Part shown: positions 29,258 through 37,542 of the stretch, piece after piece
Numbering within the stretch: position 1 is the first letter of the stretch
Layout of the letters: each line of letters starts with the position of its first letter
Source: an uncultured virus (IMG/VR IMGVR_UViG_3300005526_000008)
Taxonomy: Duplodnaviria > Heunggongvirae > Uroviricota > Caudoviricetes
IMG/VR virus record: IMGVR_UViG_3300005526_000008
Span: 1 to 64,000 of that record
Length of the DNA: 64,000 nt
Reading direction: 5' to 3' (one strand)
Notes under the pieces: model-generated
Databases searched by the model: none
Seen by the model: only the letters and a program-made list of their open reading frames with translations
Told to the model about the DNA's origin: nothing
Made by a program: the position numbers and the translations under genes

Positions 29258-29706
29258 CCGTTGTTCAGCATGAAGTTGGTGGCCTGGAGACGCAGGTAGT
29301 CGAAACGCTCGTCGCTCCAGAAGATCTTGGCATTCTCCTCCGAGTAGGGCAGCGGTTCGCCGGGGGTGAGTTCGTCGAAATTCCACCCCACGGTGCAGGC
29401 GACCAGCAGGAGCGTGTCGGTCTCGTAGACATGCTGCGGGTCGGCGATCTGTTCGGCGGTCAACTGCTGGTCGGCGCGCATGCGGTTGATCGCGGTGATG
29501 GTCTGGCGGAACGCCTTGCTGGTCTGGCCGCGCAGGGTGATCGATGCGACGGTTCCGTCGGCGTTGTGCATTTTCTCGAAGGTTTCGGAGTGGCGGATTT
29601 CCATCGGCGCGCCGTCGTTGGCGCGCACCGGCATGACGCTGACCAGGCTGAATTTCGTTTTGTCGTGGCCGTTCGGTTTGATTTCGCTCTCGGACATGCT
29701 GCTCAC
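29161..29706 (-). CDS. tail assembly chaperone G
   Basis: Position before tape measure; ITLRGQTSKAFR, LLVACTVGWN, NF near the end. Confidence 0.75.
   Translation of the reverse strand: MSSMSESEIKPNGHDKTKFSLVSVMPVRANDGAPMEIRHSETFEKMHNADGTVASITLRGQTSKAFRQTITAINRMRADQQLTAEQIADPQHVYETDTLLLVACTVGWNFDELTPGEPLPYSEENAKIFWSDERFDYLRLQATNFMLNNGNFLPAPPVPSNATPDTSSESTSPSPDLQAAE
29251..29257 (-). promoter_or_regulatory. -1 ribosomal frameshift slippery site A AAT TTT
   Basis: In-frame GGA AAT TTT TTG gives X XXY YYZ; the -1 frame stays open to 28841. Confidence 0.75.
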
Positions 29707-30047
29707 CCTTCCTCGTAGGGGGTGTCTTCGTCGTCCTCGGGCTGGTCCTCCTCGACACTTTCCTCGACGTCGTCCTCGTTTTCCTCGTCCTCGTCCTCAT
29801 CGGTGATGCCGACGATGTCGTCGTCGTAATCGTCGTCATCGTCGTCGTCATCTTCGTCTTCGTCGGGGTCCTCGAGCACGTCGGCTTCGTCGTAATCGTC
29901 GTCGCCGAGGGCTTCGAGGATGGCTTGCTGGATCGCCGCGGGGTCGTCCAGCGGCGGCTCGTAGCCGGGATCGCCCGGGCCGGGAACGATCTCATATTGG
30001 CCGATCGTGGGGAATCCTTCGATCGGCTCTTCGCCGGTTCCACTCAT
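29703..30047 (-). CDS. highly acidic small protein
   Basis: GAGGAGGA site before ATG 30047; long Asp/Glu runs. Confidence 0.7.
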   Translation of the reverse strand: MSGTGEEPIEGFPTIGQYEIVPGPGDPGYEPPLDDPAAIQQAILEALGDDDYDEADVLEDPDEDEDDDDDDDDYDDDIVGITDEDEDEENEDDVEESVEEDQPEDDEDTPYEEG

Positions 30048-30126
30048 GATGAGGTCCTCCTCGGCGCCACCTGTACCCACGATTGGCAGGCGGCGCCAGA
30101 GGAACCAACAACTTACGGGCTGGAGG

Positions 30127-30303
30127 TCAGCCCCGGATCACGAAACCGAAGACCTTCCAGCCGAGCAGGAACAGCAGGATGAACAGCGGAAACCATCCGC
30201 CGCGGGTCCAGTAGACCTGCCCCTGCGGACCGCCCCAGACGCCGAAGCCCCAGAACATGATCCACAGCAGCATGAGCAGCCAAAAGATAAAGCCGATGTC
30301 CAT
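30127..30303 (-). CDS. 58-aa two-helix membrane protein (not in ORF track)
   Basis: MDIGFIFWLLMLLWIMFWGFGVWGGPQGQVYWTRGGWFPLFILLFLLGWKVFGFVIRG*; AGGA site; high GC3. Confidence 0.75.
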   Translation of the reverse strand: MDIGFIFWLLMLLWIMFWGFGVWGGPQGQVYWTRGGWFPLFILLFLLGWKVFGFVIRG

Positions 30304-30312
30304 TTGGGTGTC

Positions 30313-31518
30313 CTAAGCCAGGCTGTCCTGGATCTGGAACGTGGTGAGCGGCCCGGTGGCATCGAAGGTGACGTTCTCCAGCGCGGAGTAGTTGAAGGAC
30401 TGGATCAGTGCCATGTCGCTGTCCGACTTGGTGCTGCCCATCAGCTTGACGCGCGGCATGACGAAGGAAACGAAATCGGCGCTCGGCCCCGAGCCGATCG
30501 TCAGCATGAGGTGGATGCCGACCTCGACTTCGTTGCGGAACGTGTTGAAGATGTTCTCGTTCTCGAACATGGCCGTGAGCGTCCCGGTGGTGCGGAAGCG
30601 GCCCTGGAAGATGTGCGGCACGATGTTGCTGCCGACCACCGGATCGGCGCCGAGCGCGCCAGCGAGCTGGATGTTCATCCCGGTGATGACCGCGACATCG
30701 ACGCCGTTGAACTCGACGATGCCGTTGACCGCGGCGAGCGAGGACGAGGTCGTGGTGGGCGTGGGCGTGGTGAGCTGTTGGGTTGGGCTCTGGATCATGT
30801 TCATGCCGATGACCTGGCTGCTGAACGTCACCAGTCCGGTGGCCGGCAGGGCGATGCTGGTTTGGCCGAACTTGCAGCCGACGAACAGTTCGGACTGCGA
30901 GATGTCCGAGAAGAAGTGCTCGATCGAGTAGCTCTTGTAGAGCGCGCCGCTGGGCGGGATGGAGATTTTTTTGCCGACCACCTTGATGGTGCCGCCGGTC
31001 AGTGCCCCGGGCGTGGACGTGCTCGGGATGTCGCGCGAGGTGATCACCGTGTCGCTCAGCGTGTTGATGCGGATGTTGAGCCCGTTCAGCGCGACGTTGG
31101 GCGCGGTCAGCCCGGAGAACCGGATGACGTCGTGGTTGCGCAGGCCGGCGGTGAGGAAGCCGGTGCCGGTGATGGTGCCGTAAGCCGGCGGCCCGGTGAC
31201 GAGGGCCAGGGTCGGCGAGATTGGCCCGACCTGGATCCCGGCAGTGAAATTGTTCCTCAGGATCCCCTGCCAGAAATCGTTGAAGCTGCCCGGGCTGATC
31301 TGGCCGGCGAAGGTGCCTTGCGGCCGCAGCACGCCGTGGCGGGCGTCGCGGATCTGTTGGCTGACCAGGATTTCCTGGCTTTCGTAGGTATCCTTGCCGA
31401 GGGCCAGATCGCTTGAGACGCGGCGCAGGTACTTGCCGCCGGTGACCGGGCTCACGCCTTCGGCGATCTCCTCGACGATGGAGACTTGTTTGGCAACGCC
31501 AGTGGCGAATGTGGGCAT
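30313..31518 (-). CDS. major tail tube protein
   Basis: YLRRVSSDL...YESQEI...SYSIEHFFSDI...TGTLTAMFEN; synteny. Confidence 0.85.
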   Translation of the reverse strand: MPTFATGVAKQVSIVEEIAEGVSPVTGGKYLRRVSSDLALGKDTYESQEILVSQQIRDARHGVLRPQGTFAGQISPGSFNDFWQGILRNNFTAGIQVGPISPTLALVTGPPAYGTITGTGFLTAGLRNHDVIRFSGLTAPNVALNGLNIRINTLSDTVITSRDIPSTSTPGALTGGTIKVVGKKISIPPSGALYKSYSIEHFFSDISQSELFVGCKFGQTSIALPATGLVTFSSQVIGMNMIQSPTQQLTTPTPTTTSSSLAAVNGIVEFNGVDVAVITGMNIQLAGALGADPVVGSNIVPHIFQGRFRTTGTLTAMFENENIFNTFRNEVEVGIHLMLTIGSGPSADFVSFVMPRVKLMGSTKSDSDMALIQSFNYSALENVTFDATGPLTTFQIQDSLA

Positions 31519-31535
31519 CCGACTTCTCCGTTAGG

Positions 31536-31973
31536 TTACGGGGGCTCGTGCGCGAACCATTGGATTTGCACGGGCAGGTTGATCCAGTCTTCAAACGGAA
31601 CTGGCGCCGGAACGGTCGAGGAAGTGACGTAGAGCACGATGCCTTGCGGCGTGGTGACCGACAGGCCACGCCGGAAGGCCCGGATGACTGCGGAGGCGAG
31701 CTGGTTCTGCAGCCGGGTGCCGGTGTCGCGCGGCACCATCACCGAGACCTGGTAGGTCCCGGTCCATTGCTGGACGCTGTCCGCCCCGACGCCCATGGGC
31801 ATGCGGGCGCGACCGGCCATTTCGGGTTTGAGATACGGCTTGCCCTTGGTCGGCACGTAGACCTTTTCGGGCCACGCGATCGCCGCGTCGCCGTTGATGC
31901 CGGGCAACACCGCGTTGGCCAGGATGCCGTTGAGAGCGTCGTCGAAGTGGCGGAGTTCGAGGTCGAGGCCCAT
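31536..31973 (-). CDS. tail terminator protein (DUF4128-like)
   Basis: IAWPE...P...YL, GTYQVSVMVP, FRRG, WINLPV; directly before the tail tube. Confidence 0.75.
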   Translation of the reverse strand: MGLDLELRHFDDALNGILANAVLPGINGDAAIAWPEKVYVPTKGKPYLKPEMAGRARMPMGVGADSVQQWTGTYQVSVMVPRDTGTRLQNQLASAVIRAFRRGLSVTTPQGIVLYVTSSTVPAPVPFEDWINLPVQIQWFAHEPP

Positions 31974-31974
31974 C

Positions 31975-32409
31975 TCAGCCTCCCAACCGGGTCAGGAGTT
32001 CGCGCGCCATTGCCGGCAATTCGGTGACGGTCTGGGTCATCATGTGGCGACCGCCCTGGTGGTAATGGTGCCCGCCGCTGTCGGCTCCGACGAAGCCATA
32101 CTCGATGCGCCGGGCGTAGACGGTCGGGTTGATGATGGTGACGACGTCGCCGGCCTTGATCCTCTCGACCTCCTTGGCGGCCTTGGCCTTGTCGACCCCC
32201 TGGGAATTCCTGATCGCCTCGGCGCTGGCCTTCGGTGTCGCGTCGCCCTTCTTGATGACGCTCCAGTTGGCGCGCAGGAAGCCGGTGCGCACCGGGGTCA
32301 GTTCCTTGACCCGGTTGACCGCCTCGAACGCCAGCACCTGGACGAACATGTCGGCGCGGGCACCCATCTTGGTGGCCCAGGCGGAAACGTCGGTGGAGAA
32401 ATCGGCCAT
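31975..32409 (-). CDS. tail completion or neck protein (HK97 gp10-like)
   Basis: TPVRTGFLRANW and YARRIEYG motifs; ATG 32409. Confidence 0.8.
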   Translation of the reverse strand: MADFSTDVSAWATKMGARADMFVQVLAFEAVNRVKELTPVRTGFLRANWSVIKKGDATPKASAEAIRNSQGVDKAKAAKEVERIKAGDVVTIINPTVYARRIEYGFVGADSGGHHYHQGGRHMMTQTVTELPAMARELLTRLGG

Positions 32410-33122
32410 CACCTGGCCTGTATCTGAAAGGAGAAGTTGACCCCGTTCAGGCTCTGCACGCCGACCGACATGATCGAGCGGATGTCGCCGCCGGCGAAGA
32501 TGAGCTGGTCGTTGATCTTGGGCTGAGGTGCGGGCACTCCTTTGCCCGCGATCATGACGCCGATGCTGTCGAGCTCGACCCATCCCATCGCCCACATCTT
32601 GGTGCGCGAGAGCTGGTAGCCGTAGACCGCCAGGTCGGCGGCGTAGTTGGTGCGGATGACGCGCTTGCCGATCAGGCTGGCCGGGGCGGTGGTGCCGGAG
32701 ACCGCGACCACCGGGAAGCCGTTGTCGCGCGACAGCGTGTCGGTGAAGGTGACGGTGGGGGTGCCGAACACCGGGTTGCCGGCGATGTCGGTGAGCGGGA
32801 TACCGTCGCCGTCGGTCATCACCGTGGGCGGCATCGCCATGACGGTGAGCAGGGAACTGTTGACCATCAGCTTGTCGCCGGGGACGAGGCGGCCGGTGAC
32901 GGTGGTGCCGGAGATGGCGATGAATGCCTGGCCGCCGGTGACCGATCCGGCGATGACCATGAGATCTGAAAGGGATAGGTCGGGCGGGTTGCGGTAGGGT
33001 TCGGGGCCGGCGAGTTCCGAGACCGCGCGCAGGATGATTTCCTCGCCGCGGCTCTGCATGCGGCCGGCGACGCGGTCCTGGACGTATTGCGCGCGGGAGT
33101 AGCATTTGAGTGTGCTGCTCAT
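32409..33122 (-). CDS. probable head closure protein with insertion
   Basis: Lies between adaptor and neck genes with overlapping start and stop codons. Confidence 0.55.
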   Translation of the reverse strand: MSSTLKCYSRAQYVQDRVAGRMQSRGEEIILRAVSELAGPEPYRNPPDLSLSDLMVIAGSVTGGQAFIAISGTTVTGRLVPGDKLMVNSSLLTVMAMPPTVMTDGDGIPLTDIAGNPVFGTPTVTFTDTLSRDNGFPVVAVSGTTAPASLIGKRVIRTNYAADLAVYGYQLSRTKMWAMGWVELDSIGVMIAGKGVPAPQPKINDQLIFAGGDIRSIMSVGVQSLNGVNFSFQIQAR

Positions 33123-33733
33123 GGCGTCACCGAGATGTAGGCTTCGAGCAGGGTGCGTGCGCCGGGCGGGATGGCGCCGACCCCGGTCGGGTAGAACTGG
33201 CCGGTGAAGATGCCGGCGGTTTGTTCCATGGCGAGGTTCGGGTCGGCCGCCTGGGCGGTGTGCATGGCCGAAGCGGTCAGCCGCATCGCCTCGTAGATCG
33301 CGGTTGGCAGGCCGTCGCCGACCTGCCAGGCGGAGCTGAACGGGTCGGGCGGCACGCCGACCGGGTATCCGGCAACGTAGCGCACCTCGATGTTGGGCAC
33401 GGTGCTGCGGGGGAGCCGGCCGTAGCCCATGAAGCTGAGCTTGCGCGGCACCTGGTGGTCGATCCGCCAGCCGGGCTGTCGCATCCCGGCCGGCAGGATC
33501 TTGCCGATGCCGTCGATCTCGACCGAGGAGATCGACACCACCGGGCTGTTCTGGAGCATGACGTAGTCGGTGTAGTTGGTCTGGTAGAGTTCGTGGTAGC
33601 TGGCCTGTTCGAGATCGCGCGCGAGGTAGTCGCGGAAGGCGCCGGTCACCGCGTCAGCGATGATCTGCGACCGCTCGAGATCCTCGATGCAGAGATAGGC
33701 CGCGACATCCTCGGCTGAGATCCAACTGGCCAT
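33119..33733 (-). CDS. head-tail adaptor
   Basis: DVAAYL, PVVSISSV, NIEVRYVAGY, ARTLLEAY; synteny. Confidence 0.75.
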   Translation of the reverse strand: MASWISAEDVAAYLCIEDLERSQIIADAVTGAFRDYLARDLEQASYHELYQTNYTDYVMLQNSPVVSISSVEIDGIGKILPAGMRQPGWRIDHQVPRKLSFMGYGRLPRSTVPNIEVRYVAGYPVGVPPDPFSSAWQVGDGLPTAIYEAMRLTASAMHTAQAADPNLAMEQTAGIFTGQFYPTGVGAIPPGARTLLEAYISVTP

Positions 33734-33736
33734 CAG

Positions 33737-34015
33737 TTACTGGGAAGAACCCCCTCTTGCGTGGTTGCCGGGGGTGTCCGCATGGCCGGCGCGGCCGTGC
33801 CGTGCTGACGCGGGTTCGGCCTTGGCCTTGGCTGCCTTGGGTTCGCCGCCGGGGCCTTCGACCGCGACCGCACCACGGGCGGCCATTTCCGCGGCGAGGT
33901 TCGGCGTCAGCATCTCGACGGTCAGGATGCCGGTTTCGGGGTCGCAGATGTGCTCGACGCCGTCGATCGAGATCGAGCCGATGCCGGGTTGCAGCTTGTA
34001 GTACTGGGCCATCAC
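33737..34015 (-). CDS. small protein downstream of the capsid gene
   Basis: AAGGAGAG site; 92 aa. Confidence 0.6.
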   Translation of the reverse strand: MMAQYYKLQPGIGSISIDGVEHICDPETGILTVEMLTPNLAAEMAARGAVAVEGPGGEPKAAKAKAEPASARHGRAGHADTPGNHARGGSSQ

Positions 34016-34097
34016 GTTCTCTCCTTTTGGGTTGACGGGACTGGGGGAGGCTGTCCCGTCCCATCAACCCTAATCGCACCGGGGGGGTTGCGGGGAA

Positions 34098-35609
34098 CTA
34101 ACCCGGGGCGATGTTCGTGATGAAGCCAAGCGATGGCGGGAAGTAATGCTGTAGGACCTCGTCACTATAGCAACCGTATTCATACTTCCGCGTGCGTAAC
34201 GGCCACTCAATCTGATAGTAATCTTTGCGTGTTCGCACCTGATATACATTGGTTACGTCGTTCAGGGCGTACGGCAACTCGGAAGTGGTGAACATTATAT
34301 TGCCGGGCGGCATGTCTGGGTGCAGTTTTATTGGAATTTCCTGCGCCTGCCCCATGCCGAACGGGTTGAGGTAGCCGCGCACAGACGAACCGCCGCGAAC
34401 CTGGTTCTGCGCGGTAGCAATGGTAAATCGAGACAGAGGAACAGAGCCAGATGGCGCAGTAAGTACTTTCCTGCGAAAGTAATTTTGTTCTTGCGACGAC
34501 ACCCACATCTCATCTGGACTTAGCTTATAGTTGTCCCAGAACGACTGTAGTGCTGCATCTACTTCAACTATACCTCCAGACCCGTCCGGAGTTAGTGGCG
34601 TGCCGATGCCGTCGGTGCCGGTTGGCATCGCGGCCCAGTAGGCGCCCGAGCCGGCCTTGGCCGCGATCGCGGCGAAGCCGTCGAACACCAGGCTGTTGAC
34701 GCTGTTGTCGCCCGAAACCGAGGCGAAGGTCTGGGTGCCGGCGCCGGGCATCGGGCCAGGGAACAGCAGCGAGTTGATGGCGGTGATGGCGACCAGATAC
34801 TGGGTGCCCGCCGAGCCCACGTACCACGCATAACCGAACGCACCGACCACCGGCGCCACGCGGGCCGAGATCTGTGCAGTCGCTGTCGTCGTGGCCACCG
34901 TGCCCAGCGTCGAGGGCGCCGCGGCGCCGCCGCCATAGGTGTCGACCGTGCCGTCCGCGTTGGTGCGCGAGATGACCCCGGGCACGCCGGTGGTCATGTT
35001 CGCCAGTCGCTTGCCTTCCATCGTCAGCGCCACGCAGCCGACCTGCACCGTGATGCCGGTGCCGATGGTCCCGCCGGTGGTAATATTAGTGACCGATGGA
35101 GTGGGCGTTGTGCCCAGCCCGGTGATGCCGTTGCCGCCGAGGAGAATGCGCTCCTCTTGAATCATCAAAGCGCGCAATAGCGACTGCACAGCAGTAGACT
35201 TCAAGTCCTGAAAGCCTTCCGAGGACATGTCAGCCTCGAACGACACGTAGTTATCAAGACCAATGCCACGATACGCTGCGAAGTATTCTTTGACCGTCTG
35301 GTCCATCACGCCACCACGATTGCCCTGACCGAGGCCAGCGGACACATTAGTGGTGTTTATAGCTGTAATTGCTCTCCAATTCGCCTGGATCCCGCGTCCA
35401 CCACTTACCCGCGGGATCTTATTGCGGAGCGGCGTGAGGACGGGATAGAGCAGCTTGGCCGGTGCCTCGAGGTCGTAGACCTGCAGGCCCGTGGTCGCGG
35501 TGCTCGGTTGGACAAAGAACTTGGTCAGCGGCGAAGCGCCAAGCTGCGGCGTGTTTGCGGCCATGACTTCACGTACCGCCCGCACGCTCTCGGACACGGA
35601 TCCTGACAT
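34098..35609 (-). CDS. major capsid protein
   Basis: GLQVYDLEAPAKLLYPVLTPLRNKIPRV...DYYQIEWP...GFITNI; position before the adaptor. Confidence 0.85.
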   Translation of the reverse strand: MSGSVSESVRAVREVMAANTPQLGASPLTKFFVQPSTATTGLQVYDLEAPAKLLYPVLTPLRNKIPRVSGGRGIQANWRAITAINTTNVSAGLGQGNRGGVMDQTVKEYFAAYRGIGLDNYVSFEADMSSEGFQDLKSTAVQSLLRALMIQEERILLGGNGITGLGTTPTPSVTNITTGGTIGTGITVQVGCVALTMEGKRLANMTTGVPGVISRTNADGTVDTYGGGAAAPSTLGTVATTTATAQISARVAPVVGAFGYAWYVGSAGTQYLVAITAINSLLFPGPMPGAGTQTFASVSGDNSVNSLVFDGFAAIAAKAGSGAYWAAMPTGTDGIGTPLTPDGSGGIVEVDAALQSFWDNYKLSPDEMWVSSQEQNYFRRKVLTAPSGSVPLSRFTIATAQNQVRGGSSVRGYLNPFGMGQAQEIPIKLHPDMPPGNIMFTTSELPYALNDVTNVYQVRTRKDYYQIEWPLRTRKYEYGCYSDEVLQHYFPPSLGFITNIAPG

Positions 35610-35611
35610 AT

Positions 35612-35810
35612 GAGGGGTCTCTCACCACCGCGCCCGCAGTTGCGGTGTTCAACGGGAAGACCGGCGCCACCCGGCGCGGTCGAGCAGATCGCCCCTCTCG
35701 GCGAGGGATCCGCGAAAGCATCGTTCCTGCCGCGTGCCCGGACGCGGCCTCTCGGGCAGCCGGTGCTCAATCCGGCATAGCGAGCGCTACCTGGAACAAA
35801 GCTTTTTCAG
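35612..35810 (-). ncRNA. candidate structured leader RNA upstream of the capsid gene
   Basis: At least six inverted repeats in about 200 noncoding nt; see findings. Confidence 0.4.
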
Positions 35811-35833
35811 ATCGGGACTCTCATTTCAAGCCC

Positions 35834-35865
35834 AAAAAAAGGCCGTGCCCCCAGAGCACGGCCTT
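35834..35865 (-). terminator. intrinsic terminator
   Basis: AAGGCCGTGC/GCACGGCCTT stem ending in a run of 7 T on the minus strand. Confidence 0.8.
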
Positions 35866-35937
35866 GAAGTTGTTAGGAAGGAAACGTCCCGAGCCTGCTA
35901 TGCACCCAAAACGCTTCCCGGGGACAAGAATAAACTG

Positions 35938-37542
35938 TTACGGCACCAACGGCACCCCGCCGCCCTGGTGCACCCGGCCGATCAGGAACTTCGCGGCGCT
36001 GCCGCCCTCCGGATCCGCGTTCTGCAACTGCTCCAACTTCTCCATGTCGTTCTCTTGCGTGTGCGTTCCCGGCACGCTGTCCTCGGCCTTGCTCACCGGC
36101 ACCGCCTTCTGCATCCCCGGCGAACGCACCGACTGGCTGGCGATCTGGTCGTACCGCGTCTTCAACAGGCTGAGCGCGTCACCCTTCTCGTTGAGCGCCT
36201 TGCTCAGTTGCGGCACCGCCTTGCGCAACTCGCCCAGTTCCTCCAACGCCTCGGCCATCGTCATCTGGCCCATGCCCGGGATCTGGATCTCGGCCTCGCC
36301 CTGCAGGATCTTCTGCAACGGCTGGTCGAGGATCGGCTCGCCGCGCTGCAGGCCCACATTGCGCGGATCGCCGCCCTGGCCGCCGGCCATGTCCGGCTGC
36401 TGCGGTTGCTGCCCGCCACCCATCGCCTGCTGCAGCGATCCCGAGATCACCACGATGATGCTGGCCAACCGGGTGATGGTGTCGATCGGGTTCTGCGGCG
36501 TGTCGTCGGAGATGTCAGCCGGGCCGCCGGCACCGCCCGGCCCGCCTTGCGCCGCCATGGCGCCCTGACCCTGCGCACCCTGTTCGTCGCCGCCGTCATC
36601 GGGTTCGTCGCCCTCGTCGTCGCCGCTGTCATTCTGGTCACTGCTCTGGCCGCGCTGGGCACCGAAGGGCGAGCCGCCGCCGTTGGCCTTCTTCTTCGGC
36701 GGGAACTCCTTCTCCAACGGCTCGAACACCAGCGGATATTGCTCCGCGACTTCCTCCGGGATCGAATCCGGATCGCTCCCCAGCAAGGCGTCGGCGATGC
36801 CGCGCGCGTCCTCGATCATGCTCGAGCCCAGCCCGGCGATCTCGGTCATCAGGTCCAGCGGGTCGGTGAGATACGCCGCCAGATCTTCGGGGAGATCAGT
36901 CTTCAGCAGCATCTCATCGCCGAACTGGCTTTCGATCTTGATCAACTCGCCGGCCTGCTCCGCCCGCTCCATGTCCTCCTCGTCGTCGGGGATCCGGGCG
37001 GTGTCGTTGGCGAGTTGCTTGAGCAGCACGATGCCATGGCCCATGAAGCGGTCGAGAGCGGCGGCCGTCGAGGCCACGACGGGCTCGTTGTCGTCGGCAT
37101 AGATCGGCGTGCCGGCCTTAATCGCCTGGACGCTCACTTCCATCTTCATCAGCGCGTTGGCGAACGCCGAGACGTGGTTCAGTCCCTTGGCCAACGGCTC
37201 CGGGTCCGGCCCATACTCGGCCTCGAGTTGTTCCCCAAGCGCGTTGCCGAACTCGGTGAAGCTCTTGGTCAGCAGGTCGTTGGTGTCCGGCGATGCCGAC
37301 GCGACTATTCCGGCGACACTGTCGTAAAGCGTGTCGACGAGCCCTGAAACATCTTTACGCATGGTGCGCTCCTTTCTGTGCGGCGGTGTTACCCAGGAAG
37401 TGTCGAGCAGCGGGACTGGCCGTTTGCGGCGCTGGCGTGGCCGCAAATCGGTGTTCGTCAGCCCTCCGAAAGCGTTGGTGCCCTGGGTGAAACCACCTCC
37501 GCCGCCTCCCGTCGAAGTCCCTCCGCCACCTGCCCCGCTCAT
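35938..37542 (-). CDS. acidic scaffold-like protein (alternative start 37362)
   Basis: Directly before the capsid gene; acidic; many [LMV]xK sites; C-terminal coiled coil. Confidence 0.7.
   Translation of the reverse strand: MSGAGGGGTSTGGGGGGFTQGTNAFGGLTNTDLRPRQRRKRPVPLLDTSWVTPPHRKERTMRKDVSGLVDTLYDSVAGIVASASPDTNDLLTKSFTEFGNALGEQLEAEYGPDPEPLAKGLNHVSAFANALMKMEVSVQAIKAGTPIYADDNEPVVASTAAALDRFMGHGIVLLKQLANDTARIPDDEEDMERAEQAGELIKIESQFGDEMLLKTDLPEDLAAYLTDPLDLMTEIAGLGSSMIEDARGIADALLGSDPDSIPEEVAEQYPLVFEPLEKEFPPKKKANGGGSPFGAQRGQSSDQNDSGDDEGDEPDDGGDEQGAQGQGAMAAQGGPGGAGGPADISDDTPQNPIDTITRLASIIVVISGSLQQAMGGGQQPQQPDMAGGQGGDPRNVGLQRGEPILDQPLQKILQGEAEIQIPGMGQMTMAEALEELGELRKAVPQLSKALNEKGDALSLLKTRYDQIASQSVRSPGMQKAVPVSKAEDSVPGTHTQENDMEKLEQLQNADPEGGSAAKFLIGRVHQGGGVPLVP

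Noticed and set aside
28841..30043. 400-aa ORF as a single gene
   Set aside because: Its first two thirds overlap the acidic protein and chaperone G in other frames; only the part after the slippery site looks coding.
34030..34070. Hairpin after the capsid gene as a terminator
   Set aside because: No T tract follows on the minus strand; at most a stabilising stem.
16003..35609. Gene transfer agent cluster
   Set aside because: Head genes, the long tape measure and the early gene region are not RcGTA-like; only the tail tip is.
35612..35810. HDV-like ribozyme or a known riboswitch in the capsid leader
   Set aside because: I could not map a full known consensus by eye; kept only as an unclassified structured RNA candidate.
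35870..35935. Small RNA with an anti-Shine-Dalgarno motif (TTCCTTCCT) before the terminator
   Set aside because: No convincing -10 element; more simply the 3' UTR of the scaffold-like gene.
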